Shown here in pieces: positions 28,383 to 38,605 of a stretch of 64,000 bases of DNA (position 1 is the first letter of the stretch; each line of letters opens with the position of its first letter). The notes below the pieces were generated by a model. The model was not told the origin of the DNA and searched no databases. It was given only the letters and a program-made list of their open reading frames with translations. Both the position numbers and the translations under genes were made by a program. The DNA comes from Acidimicrobiaceae bacterium. GTDB lineage: Bacteria; Actinomycetota; Acidimicrobiia; Acidimicrobiales; RAAP-2. The DNA is taken from contig PLQL01000034.1 in assembly GCA_003160115.1 (NCBI GenBank), positions 146,382 to 210,381 of the forward strand, read 5' to 3'.

Positions 28383-29069
28383 TTAGGCCAGAGTGGCGTC
28401 GAGCACGTCGTCCACGCTGCCGACGAGACCGGTGTAGAACGCGCCGAATTCTGCGTACAGTGTGGACGCCTCGTCAAAGCGCATGGTGTAGACACAGTCC
28501 TTGAGGTCATCGACGTGCACGCCGAACAAGGTGACCCCCCACTCCCAGTCGTCGAGTCCCGTCGAGCCGGTGACGACCTGCAGCACGCGACCCTTGAACT
28601 CGCGACCCGACGAGCCGTGCTGGCGCATGAGAGCGAGACGTTCGTCGTAGGGCAGGGAATACCAGTTGTGCCCTTCGCCGCGACGCTTGGACATCGGATA
28701 GAAGCAGAAGGCCCTCATGTCCGCTGGCGGCAACACCGGAAAGAGCCGGTCCTGGAGAATCTTCTCGGGCGTACCCGCCGCGTACTCCGACACCTCGGTC
28801 ACCGACACGTAGCTCTCGGCGACCTTGAAGCCCGCAGCCTGTATCTTCGATTGAAACTTTCGCAGGTCCCAAAGGTCCTCGCCGAGCACCATGAAGCACA
28901 CGTCCGCCTTGGCGCCCATGATTGCAGCGGTCACCACCTGGAGACCCTCTTCGAGCGCATCGTCGACCGCCTTGCGCACCGCGCCGGCGTCGACGGTCCC
29001 CTCAGGGTGGCAAAAGAGGTGCACGACGTTCAGTCCGCGCGAGGGAACCAGTGGTGAGGGTGTCGTCAT
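28383..29069 (-). CDS. chdC: Coproheme decarboxylase (HemQ / chlorite dismutase family)
   Basis: FYPMSKRR...NWY.L...R..LM..HG..GR, GSTGLDDWEWGV, MRFDEAS. Confidence 0.88.
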   Translation of the reverse strand: MTTPSPLVPSRGLNVVHLFCHPEGTVDAGAVRKAVDDALEEGLQVVTAAIMGAKADVCFMVLGEDLWDLRKFQSKIQAAGFKVAESYVSVTEVSEYAAGTPEKILQDRLFPVLPPADMRAFCFYPMSKRRGEGHNWYSLPYDERLALMRQHGSSGREFKGRVLQVVTGSTGLDDWEWGVTLFGVHVDDLKDCVYTMRFDEASTLYAEFGAFYTGLVGSVDDVLDATLA

Positions 29070-29112
29070 GGTTCCATGCTACGACCTCATCTCTATCTTC
29101 AGTCCGCCTGGA

Positions 29113-29150
29113 GAAAACGAGAACCGCGGGGATTCGCCCCGCGGCTCTCG
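29113..29150 (-). terminator. Intrinsic terminator after groEL
   Basis: Minus strand GAGAGCCGCGGGG-CGAAT-CCCCGCGGTTCTC followed by GTTTTCT. Confidence 0.8.
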
Positions 29151-29170
29151 TAGAAATGCCGGCGACTGGT

Positions 29171-30838
<1,668 letters not shown>

Positions 30839-30844
30839 TCAATA

Positions 30845-30871
30845 TTAGCAGTCTAGGGGGGCGAGTGCTAA
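30845..30871 (-). promoter_or_regulatory. CIRCE element (HrcA operator)
   Basis: TTAGCACTC-N9-GACTGCTAA on minus strand, one mismatch to consensus, ~50 nt upstream of groEL. Confidence 0.93.
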
Positions 30872-30877
30872 CGCGGT

Positions 30878-31153
30878 CTACCCGCCGGCGACCGCAGGAA
30901 CCAGCGAGACCGTTTGGCCCGCCTCGAGTCGGGTATCGAGGCCGTCGAGGAAGCGCACGTCCTCATCGGCGACGAAGACGTTTACGAAACGCCGCAAGGC
31001 ACCTCGGTCGTCCAGCACCCGAAAGGCAATCCCGGGGTAGGCCTCGTCGACCGCGATTATCGCGTCCCGGACCGTGTTGGCCTCGACGGGTACTTCGCCG
31101 GCGCCGCCCACGAGAGCGCGCAATTGGCTGGGCAAACGCACGATGACGCTCAC
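30878..31153 (-). CDS. MoaD/ThiS-family sulfur-carrier protein
   Basis: VRLP..LR, RRFVNVFV..EDVRF, C-terminal PAVAGG; GTGA overlap with upstream gene. Confidence 0.93.
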   Translation of the reverse strand: MSVIVRLPSQLRALVGGAGEVPVEANTVRDAIIAVDEAYPGIAFRVLDDRGALRRFVNVFVADEDVRFLDGLDTRLEAGQTVSLVPAVAGG

Positions 31154-32400
31154 GAAGCCGACGTCACTAACTGGTGGAAGCGCAGCGCCTCTTCGGCGTC
31201 GGCGAGCGACGGACTGATCGTCGAACTGACGGTCGCCGTCTCGACCACGGCGTCGAGGGTCTTGAGACCATGACCCGAGATGATGGCGACCACGGACTTA
31301 TTGGGATCAATGGTGCCACGTTGGATCATCTGGCGCAGCGACGCGATGGTGACGCCACCAGCCGTCTCAGCGAAGACACCCTCGCTCTGGGCGAGCAGCC
31401 CAATGCACTCGAGGATCTCCTCATCGGGCACTGAACCGCAGTCGCCCCCGTTGGCGCGCAGCTCGTCGAGCACGTAGGGACCATCGGCCGGATTACCTAT
31501 CGCGAGTGATCGCGCAATCGTGTTGGGTCGCTGGGGCGTCACGACCTCGGCCCCGTCGTGAAAAGCCGTCGCCACCGGCGAGCACCCCGTCGCCTGCGCA
31601 CCGAAGAGCACCGGCGCGCAACCCTCGACCAGACCGAGGTCGAGGAACTGGTGGAATCCCTTGGCGATCTTGGTGAACTGACTTCCCGACGCAATGGGCA
31701 CGACGACCTGGTCAGGCGTGCGCCAGCCGAGTTGTTCGCAGATCTCAAAGGCCAGGGTCTTCGAGCCCTCGGCATAATAAGGACGCAGGTTCACGTTGGC
31801 GAACGCCCAGTCGGGGTGTTCGGCCACGAGTTCGACGCAGAGGCGGTTCACGTCGTCGTAGTTGCCCTTCACGCCAAGGACGGTGCCACCGAAGATCGCG
31901 GTCATGGCGATCTTGGACTTCTCCAGGTCCGCGGGGATGATCGTGACGCTCGGCCAGCCAATGAAGGCGGCGTGGGCGGCGACCGAGGTCGCGAGGTTGC
32001 CCGTCGACGCGCACGCGGCGGTCGTGAATCCCAGGCGACGCGCACTCGAAAGGGCGACCGACACCACGCGGTCCTTGAACGAGCCCGTCGGGTTGCGAGT
32101 GTCGTCCTTCAGCCAGAGTTCCTTCAAGCCGAGAATCTCGCCAAGGCGCGAGGCGCGACGCAGTGGCGTCCAGCCCGCCCCGAGGTCAACGGCTTCGTCG
32201 CCCGGGTCGGGCAACAGGGCCCCGTAGCGCCAAATGGAACTGGGCCCGTCCTTGATCGACGCCCGGGTGACTTTGCCCCGGGCGGCCTCGAGGTCGTAAG
32301 CGACCTCGAGTGGACCAAAGCAGATATCACAGGAGTAGCGAGCCTCACCAGGGTAGGTGGTACCGCACTCTCGACAGAGAAGACCTGTAGCGAAACTCAT
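31150..32400 (-). CDS. thrC: Threonine synthase-like PLP enzyme
   Basis: CRECG..C..CFGPL, NPTGSFKDR, ASTGNLA, NLRPYYAEGSKT, ETAGG; function may not be Thr synthesis (see findings). Confidence 0.88.
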   Translation of the reverse strand: MSFATGLLCRECGTTYPGEARYSCDICFGPLEVAYDLEAARGKVTRASIKDGPSSIWRYGALLPDPGDEAVDLGAGWTPLRRASRLGEILGLKELWLKDDTRNPTGSFKDRVVSVALSSARRLGFTTAACASTGNLATSVAAHAAFIGWPSVTIIPADLEKSKIAMTAIFGGTVLGVKGNYDDVNRLCVELVAEHPDWAFANVNLRPYYAEGSKTLAFEICEQLGWRTPDQVVVPIASGSQFTKIAKGFHQFLDLGLVEGCAPVLFGAQATGCSPVATAFHDGAEVVTPQRPNTIARSLAIGNPADGPYVLDELRANGGDCGSVPDEEILECIGLLAQSEGVFAETAGGVTIASLRQMIQRGTIDPNKSVVAIISGHGLKTLDAVVETATVSSTISPSLADAEEALRFHQLVTSAS

Positions 32401-32409
32401 AACTCCCTT

Positions 32410-32510
32410 TTCATCGATCGGGCTTTGGCACCTGGTGTGCTGAGGGTTACTCGATTGCACACTGGTTGTCGCGACTTCAAAGGGCCCGCCCCTCAGTCGC
32501 TCTTGATGAC
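32410..32510 (-). ncRNA. SAM riboswitch (SAM-I superfamily, short or absent P4)
   Basis: Minus strand TCATCAAGAG-CGACTGAGGGGCGGGCCC-TTTGAAGTCG-CGACAACC...GGTGCCAAAGCCC..GATGA; P1 TCATC/GATGA ends next to the RBS. Confidence 0.88.
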
Positions 32511-32582
32511 CCCTCAATTCTTGCGGACCACGACGCTCGTGTCAAGTGACGATCACGCGCGCCTCGCTCTAGCCTGTAGCCA

Positions 32583-33359
32583 ATGGCCTCTAGTGACGCT
32601 CCCTGGACTATCAATCTCGAAGAGTTCGACCTGGGCCGGGTCGCCTTGCTCAAGGCGAAAACCTCGGTCGCGGTCGTGATCCCCGCAAAGAACGAAGCGG
32701 ACACCATTGGTGCCGTGCTCGAAGCGGTGCGCCACCATGAGGACTTCGTCGACGAGCTTGTGGTCGTCGACGACCACTCCAACGACGACACCGCGACGGT
32801 GGCTGAGCACCACGGCGCCAAAGTGCTGCACCTCGAGGGCCGAGGGGGCAAGGGCGAAGCAATGAAGGCAGGAATCACGGCGACGTCATCCGAGATCGTC
32901 GTTTTCCTTGACGCCGACGTGCTCAATACCACGACCGAATTCGTGCCTCGTCTCGTCGCGCCACTGCTCGAGCGGCGCGACATCGAACTGGTGAAGGGCT
33001 ACTACGAACGACCCTTGCACAACATGCCCACGGGCGGTGGTCGGGTGAACGAGCTCGCGGCGCGCCCGATCCTCGCTCTGCTCTACCCAGGTCTCGGCGA
33101 GATTCGCCAGCCCCTCGCCGGCGAGACCGCGTCTCGGCGCACCGCCCTCGAATCGATCACGCTCGAGTCCGCCTACGGCGTCGAAATCGCCCTGCTCATC
33201 GACATCGCGCGCCAGTACGGCGTACACAGCCTCGCGCAGGTGGATCTCGGCGTGCGCCGACACCGCAATCGTCCACTCGAAGAACTACGACCAATGGCCG
33301 TCGACGTCTTGCGCGCGGCGCTCGGCAGATTCAAGGTGGCCCTGCCACCCCAGGCGTGA
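32583..33359 (+). CDS. gpgS: Glucosyl-3-phosphoglycerate synthase
   Basis: VIPA.NE, GKGEAM, FLDAD, VKG.Y.RP, GGRV.EL.ARP, QPLAGE, YGVEI.LL, R.HRN. Confidence 0.9.
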   Translation: MASSDAPWTINLEEFDLGRVALLKAKTSVAVVIPAKNEADTIGAVLEAVRHHEDFVDELVVVDDHSNDDTATVAEHHGAKVLHLEGRGGKGEAMKAGITATSSEIVVFLDADVLNTTTEFVPRLVAPLLERRDIELVKGYYERPLHNMPTGGGRVNELAARPILALLYPGLGEIRQPLAGETASRRTALESITLESAYGVEIALLIDIARQYGVHSLAQVDLGVRRHRNRPLEELRPMAVDVLRAALGRFKVALPPQA

Positions 33360-33872
33360 TCAGTTCTTGATCGCGACGTCCGGGCCCAGGATCACAATCA
33401 CGTCGTCACCCGAGGCACCGGGAACCGGATTCAGTCCATTGAGTGGCTGGATGGCCGACGACGAGACCTTGATCTCACCCGCGATCTCTTGGGCCGCCCA
33501 CAAGAATCCCGGGTTGTAGTAGATGGTGGTCGCGGTCACCTTGGGACCGTTCACCTGGGGAAGTGCGTCCCAGTTGAGCGCTTCGAGTTGTTGGGTGTAG
33601 GTACGGGCGAGTCCGGACACGCTCGTACCGTTGGCGACCTGCACGGGAACTTTGTTCTTTGGCACTGTCGTTGAAGTCGAGCCACCCCCTGTCGAGGAGG
33701 CGAGAGTCGTCGTCGTAGTCGCCGCGACATTCGAGGGACCGGAGTTGGTCGAGCGAAGCATGAGGTACGTGGCGCCCACAAAGAGGATCAAGATGATGAG
33801 GACCACTCCGATGGCGGGCTGATAGTGCGAGCCGCCTGGCGATTGATGGTGTGGATGCGACGCGTCAGTCAT
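33360..33872 (-). CDS. LytR C-terminal domain membrane protein
   Basis: TM, Thr/Ser linker, VQVANGT.VSGLA, T.IYY, DVIVILG.D. Confidence 0.88.
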   Translation of the reverse strand: MTDASHPHHQSPGGSHYQPAIGVVLIILILFVGATYLMLRSTNSGPSNVAATTTTTLASSTGGGSTSTTVPKNKVPVQVANGTSVSGLARTYTQQLEALNWDALPQVNGPKVTATTIYYNPGFLWAAQEIAGEIKVSSSAIQPLNGLNPVPGASGDDVIVILGPDVAIKN

Positions 33873-33924
33873 TTGGTCAACTCTATTCCGAGAAGGGAAG
33901 TTTCACTAACCTAGGGAATCGCCA

Positions 33925-33998
33925 GCCGGTGTGGCGCAGTCTGGCAGCGCAGGCGATTTGTAATCGTCAGGTCGGGGGTTCGAATCCCTCCACCGGCA
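33925..33998 (+). tRNA. tRNA-Thr(TGT)
   Basis: Acceptor GCCGGTG/CACCGGC; anticodon arm GGCGA-TTTGTAA-TCGTC; GGTTCGAATCC; CCA not encoded. Confidence 0.97.
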
Positions 33999-34011
33999 CG
34001 AAGGAGGAAGT

Positions 34012-34455
34012 ATGAAAGCAAAAGAGGAATCCGAAGGGATGCTCAAGGAGTTCCAGGCGTTTGCCTTCCGAGCCAACGTGGTGGATCTCGCCATCGCGGT
34101 GGCTTTGGGGGCCGCATTCACCGCGGTCGTGACAGCGTTTGTCGCGGGTTTGTTGACCCCGCTCATCGCGGCGATATTCGGCAAGGCCAACTTCTCAGGA
34201 CTCAACTTCACTATCAACCACAGTGAGTTTCAGTATGGACTTGTCATCAACGCGGTCATAACCCTGCTCATGGTCGCTGCGGCGCTGTTCTTCTTCGTGG
34301 TCAAGCCCATGATGGCCATCCGTCGTCGCAACGGACAAGCAACGACACCTCCGCCACCCATGGCGGCGTGCCCCTCGTGCTTTACCGAGGTCGACCTTCG
34401 CGCGCGCCGCTGCCCAGCGTGCACCGAGAAGCTCGCCGCGGGCTGGGGTCAGTAA
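34012..34455 (+). CDS. mscL: Large-conductance mechanosensitive channel with C-terminal CxxC..CxxC
   Basis: MLKEFQAF..R.NVVDLAIAV..GAAF, YG..IN, FFFVVKP; start may be 34039. Confidence 0.93.
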   Translation: MKAKEESEGMLKEFQAFAFRANVVDLAIAVALGAAFTAVVTAFVAGLLTPLIAAIFGKANFSGLNFTINHSEFQYGLVINAVITLLMVAAALFFFVVKPMMAIRRRNGQATTPPPPMAACPSCFTEVDLRARRCPACTEKLAAGWGQ

Positions 34456-35907
34456 CTACAGCTTTACGAACACTTCGACGCGACGGAATGCCGTGTTGCT
34501 CGTACCTTTGACCAGAGCTTCTCCCGTCGCGTGCATCAAGACCGGCTCGACGTGCATCGATACGAGCACGCCACGAAGGTAGTTTTCGACCGCGGTCGCC
34601 CTGCGCGCACTCAGCGTGTTGGCGTGGGCGCCTTTTTCGTTCGCGAGCGCGTAGCCGAACATTGAGGTCGACGCGTAGTCTCTAGTCTTCATGCCGCTCG
34701 CGATGTTATGAATCTGTGACTTCAGGGTCGTACCGAGTACCGATGAGCCTTGCACGAACGGTCCGACCGCTCCCGCGAGCCTCGAGACCACAGGGGCTTT
34801 GGCCGCTACCGTCCACACGGCATACAAGGTGGCCCCACTCGCCACGAGGTATGGGGCGCCCGGCGAATACACCATGGATTGAGAAGTTGAAGACGGGCTC
34901 CAACCAGAGAATACGAAGCCGGTGTCAAGGAGGCCCAACCCCGTTGGAAGCGTCAGTGACGAGCCCGCCGGCGATGAGATCGAGGCGATTGTCCCTGTTC
35001 CCCCATTCGCTGAAAATGAAGTCGTTACCGCAACGCCAGCCACCCATTGAGCGTAAAGGGTGATTGAAGAAGTCGGGATGAACGAAGCGCCACCCAAACC
35101 CACCGAGGTGCCACCGGTCGACGCCGTAAACCAACCGGTTTGAGCAAAGCCCTGATATGTCAGCGATCCAGAATTCGGCAACTGCACCGATGAACCCGAC
35201 GTCACCGTGACGGCGTTGAGCATTCCAGTTCCCCCACCATCGTTGAAACTCACCGTAAACATCGAAAGTGGAAGAGTCGTCGTGGTGGTTGAAGTGGTTG
35301 TTGTCGTCGTGGTGGTGTTTTCTGTCCACTGTGCGTAGAGAGTCAGATTGCTGCCAAATCCATAAGCAGCACCGTTTTGATAGGTAGTACCAGTTCCATC
35401 CGCTGATGTGTTCCATCCAATGAAAGCGAATCCAGTCTTTGCAAACGTCGGGGCCAAAGCAGCAAAGAGGGTCAAATTGGACGGAGCGTTCAGGGACTCA
35501 TATGCGTTCACAGAATCACCTGAGCTTGCATTCTCAAAGAACGTTACGACATTAAAGTCCTGCGTCCATTGGGCATAAAGATCGAGATTCGCTGTGAAGG
35601 AATATGACGAGCCGTCTGGATAGAAACTTCCAGTCCCATAAGGTGAAGTATTCCATCCATCAAAAACGAAATCTGGATTCGAAAAAGTCGGACTCAAGTC
35701 TACAAAGAGAGTCAAATTCGAAGGCGCATTCAATGACTGGTAAGTGCTTACGTTGTCATTCAAGTTGGCATTCTCGTGGAATGTAACGATGTTAAATGGG
35801 CTGATCGTTCCCTGCGCTGTTAGAGGGAAAAATACGGCGGTAATCAAGACTGCCGCAAAAAGTGCAATGAGACGTCGAGCAGGGTTAGCGAGCCAGTTTC
35901 GCATCAT
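34456..35907 (-). CDS. Secreted protein with four InlB B-repeats (Listeria-Bacteroides repeat) and OmpA-like C-terminus
   Basis: Signal peptide; repeats F.GWNT..G..Y..G...LYAQW; poly-Thr linker; LSARRA.AV..YL...RRVEV; AT-richer than flanks. Confidence 0.85.
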   Translation of the reverse strand: MMRNWLANPARRLIALFAAVLITAVFFPLTAQGTISPFNIVTFHENANLNDNVSTYQSLNAPSNLTLFVDLSPTFSNPDFVFDGWNTSPYGTGSFYPDGSSYSFTANLDLYAQWTQDFNVVTFFENASSGDSVNAYESLNAPSNLTLFAALAPTFAKTGFAFIGWNTSADGTGTTYQNGAAYGFGSNLTLYAQWTENTTTTTTTTSTTTTTLPLSMFTVSFNDGGGTGMLNAVTVTSGSSVQLPNSGSLTYQGFAQTGWFTASTGGTSVGLGGASFIPTSSITLYAQWVAGVAVTTSFSANGGTGTIASISSPAGSSLTLPTGLGLLDTGFVFSGWSPSSTSQSMVYSPGAPYLVASGATLYAVWTVAAKAPVVSRLAGAVGPFVQGSSVLGTTLKSQIHNIASGMKTRDYASTSMFGYALANEKGAHANTLSARRATAVENYLRGVLVSMHVEPVLMHATGEALVKGTSNTAFRRVEVFVKL

Positions 35908-36058
35908 GATCCTTCAGTTAGAGGAATGTGCGTCTGGGCAATCAGCCGTACTTACAACATCACCGGCTACCGCATTTAGCGTTCGTGCCACGGACCAATG
36001 ACGATTCAACTTCTATTTGAATCATAGACACAATGGTCGCCCACCTCCCCGCGACGAA

Positions 36059-36928
36059 TTAAATCTCGGGATGTAGTCGACGCTGTCGAGCAACCTCAAA
36101 GGCAGCGATTGACACCGCTACGCCAGCATTGAGCGAACTGATCTTGCCCAATTGTGGGATGGCGACCACCGCCGCACAACGCTTGCGCGTCAACGTCGCA
36201 AGACCCTTTTCTTCCCCACCCACGATGAGGGCAACCGGCACCGATCCGAGGTCGAGGTCATAGAGCGAATTCGTTGAGTCGCCCGCGAGTCCTACCGTCA
36301 AGACGCCGGCCTTGTTCAATTGATCGATCGCCGAGGGCACGCCCCCTACGTCGGAGAACGTGAGGTATTCAATGGCGCCAGCCGCCGTCTTGGTCACCGT
36401 GGGAGAGATGCGTGCTGAACGATGACGCGGCACGACGACGCCGGTGACACCAGCACCATCGGCGCTTCGCAACATCGCGCCGAGATTGCGAGGATCAGTG
36501 ATCCCGTCGCAGACCAAGAGGAAGGGGTGTTTCTGCTCCAGGAGCGTTTCGAGGGGAACGGTTTCAAGTCGAGCCGCGAAGGCGAGGACGCCCTGATGGC
36601 CCTCGGTGCGCGCTTCGCGATCCAGACGAGTCATGGAGACGACTTGGACCGGTACACGCTGTCGTTGTGCCTCGAGCTCAATGGCGTCCAGGATCTCCGA
36701 TGGGTCTTGTGCCTCGGCGACGTAGATTCGCTGGACCGCGCGACGGCGCGCTTTCAGTAGTTCCAGAACGGCGTGGCGCCCTTCAACTTGTTCGCCGCCG
36801 AGTCCTTCCTTGTCACGAGCTGGTGCACGGCGAGGGCCACCGACTTGGCCTCCGGTGAGCGGTCGGCCACCTTGACGCGGAGAACGCCCTTTGGGCGCAC
36901 CGCGACGAGCAGCGGGACGCGGCGTCAC
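36059..36928 (-). CDS. rlmB: 23S rRNA Gm2251 methyltransferase RlmB
   Basis: EGRH.V.E, HQG, D.ITDPRNLGAMLR, G.E.KG, SLNA.VA. Confidence 0.93.
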   Translation of the reverse strand: MTPRPAARRGAPKGRSPRQGGRPLTGGQVGGPRRAPARDKEGLGGEQVEGRHAVLELLKARRRAVQRIYVAEAQDPSEILDAIELEAQRQRVPVQVVSMTRLDREARTEGHQGVLAFAARLETVPLETLLEQKHPFLLVCDGITDPRNLGAMLRSADGAGVTGVVVPRHRSARISPTVTKTAAGAIEYLTFSDVGGVPSAIDQLNKAGVLTVGLAGDSTNSLYDLDLGSVPVALIVGGEEKGLATLTRKRCAAVVAIPQLGKISSLNAGVAVSIAAFEVARQRRLHPEI

Positions 36929-37398
36929 GAAATCTCTTCGATCAGCACCACAGCGCTCGCGCCGATTCCTTCTTGACGACCCAACGCACCGAGACCTTCG
37001 ACGGTGGTCGCCTTCACGGACACCGTCGCTCCCACGACTTCGGAGAGTCGCTCAGACATCGAGGGAATGAACCACGCCAACTTCGGTTGCTCAGCGATGA
37101 TCGTGAGATCCGCGGACGTCACTCGATAGCCCGCTCCCGCGAGGAGTTCTGTGGTGCCAGCCAACATGTCCGACGACCTCGCCCCGGCGTAACGAGGGTC
37201 GGTAGGGGGGAAGTGATGGCCGATGTCGCCCAAGTTCGCCGCTCCGAGGAGGGCGTCGATCAACGCGTGGGTTGCCACGTCGGCGTCCGAATGTCCTTCG
37301 AGACCAACGGCATCGGGAATGAGCACGAGGCCGAGCCACAGCTCGCGCGAAGGGTCGACACTGAACCGGTGCACGTCGATGCCCTGGCCGATCCTCAT
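36925..37398 (-). CDS. ispF: 2-C-methyl-D-erythritol 2,4-cyclodiphosphate synthase
   Basis: MRIGQG.DVH, GHSDADV..HA..DALLGA, GDIG..FP, VKATT.E.LG..GR.EG. Confidence 0.97.
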   Translation of the reverse strand: MRIGQGIDVHRFSVDPSRELWLGLVLIPDAVGLEGHSDADVATHALIDALLGAANLGDIGHHFPPTDPRYAGARSSDMLAGTTELLAGAGYRVTSADLTIIAEQPKLAWFIPSMSERLSEVVGATVSVKATTVEGLGALGRQEGIGASAVVLIEEIS

Positions 37399-37411
37399 GA
37401 GGCGTCTCGTC

Positions 37412-38056
37412 TCACTGACCACCACGGATGGTCTCGATGGCCCGATGCAGATCTGACGCACTGGTGATCTTGATGTTCTGTTGTTCCCCGGGCACGACGA
37501 CGACGACCTCGTCCAACGCTTCGACGAGTGCCGCGTCGTCGGTGGCGTCGCTCGACGCGGCGTGGGCTTGTTCGAGGGTCGCACGACGAAACGCCTGCGG
37601 GGTCTGAACGGTCACCAGGTCCTCGCGCGTCACGGTCGCGTCAACGACCGTCGACTCGCCGGCGCGTCGTACGCGTTTGACGGTATCGGTGATCGCCAGA
37701 CCAGGTACCGCGGCACTGGCCCCGTTCTTCACGGCGTCCACCACGAGATGGAATAATTCGGGCGAGGCGAGCGGACGAGCCGCGTCGTGCACGACCACGA
37801 TGTCCGCGTCGGCACACTCAACCAGTCCGCTACGCACTGACGCGGCACGCGAGGCGCCACCGGTCACCACGACGTCGGCCCCTTCACCCGTGCCGTCGTA
37901 GTCGACGGGCACCACGAGGACCACCTTCGAGGCGACACTGCGCGCGCCGCGAACGCTGCGCCGCGCCACGCTCTCGTTGTCGAGGTCCGCGAACTGCTTG
38001 AGCCCGCCGAAGCGAGCCCCCTGACCGGCGGCCACGACGATGGCGGCCACCATCAT
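37412..38056 (-). CDS. ispD: 2-C-methyl-D-erythritol 4-phosphate cytidylyltransferase
   Basis: AAG.G.RFG..KQF, GG.SR..SV..GL, VHDAARP, VQTPQAF, TDDA, N.KIT. Confidence 0.97.
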   Translation of the reverse strand: MMVAAIVVAAGQGARFGGLKQFADLDNESVARRSVRGARSVASKVVLVVPVDYDGTGEGADVVVTGGASRAASVRSGLVECADADIVVVHDAARPLASPELFHLVVDAVKNGASAAVPGLAITDTVKRVRRAGESTVVDATVTREDLVTVQTPQAFRRATLEQAHAASSDATDDAALVEALDEVVVVVPGEQQNIKITSASDLHRAIETIRGGQ

Positions 38057-38058
38057 CG

Positions 38059-38547
38059 CTACGGAAGAACCGAGGCGAGCTTTTCTTCAGCCGCTTCAGT
38101 GTCGACGTTCAGGGCGAAGGTCAACTCAGAGACGAGGATCTGGCGAGCCCGGGTCAGCATTCGCTTTTCTCCGGCGGAGAGACCCTTGTCCTTGTCGCGA
38201 ATCGAAAGGTTGCGGACCACCTCGGCAACTTGGTAGATGTCGCCCGAACGTAACTTCTCGGAGTGGTTCTTGAAACGACGAGACCAGTTGGTGGGCATGC
38301 GCGCTTCCTTCTTGCGAAGTACGGCAAAGACCTCTTCGACCTCTTCGTCGTTGATCACGTCACGCAGACCCACGGACTCGGCGTTAGCGACCGGCACCAT
38401 CAGGACCAGGTCGGTGTAGGCGACCTTCAATTTGAGGTAGTCCTGCTTGATGTCAAAAGCCGTCATTTTCTCGATCTTCTCGACGGTGCAGGCGCCGTGG
38501 TGCGGGTAGACGAGACGATCACCCTTTTTGTATTTGCGAGGGGCCAT
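38059..38547 (-). CDS. carD: CarD transcription factor
   Basis: GD..VYPHHGA, VP..NA..VGLR, MPTNWSRRFK, LSAGEKRML..ARQIL.SEL. Confidence 0.97.
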   Translation of the reverse strand: MAPRKYKKGDRLVYPHHGACTVEKIEKMTAFDIKQDYLKLKVAYTDLVLMVPVANAESVGLRDVINDEEVEEVFAVLRKKEARMPTNWSRRFKNHSEKLRSGDIYQVAEVVRNLSIRDKDKGLSAGEKRMLTRARQILVSELTFALNVDTEAAEEKLASVLP

Positions 38548-38605
38548 AAATCGGGTTCTCCTAAGAAGAAATTCCGCCCGATGGGGCGAGGGGGGATTTA
38601 CTATT

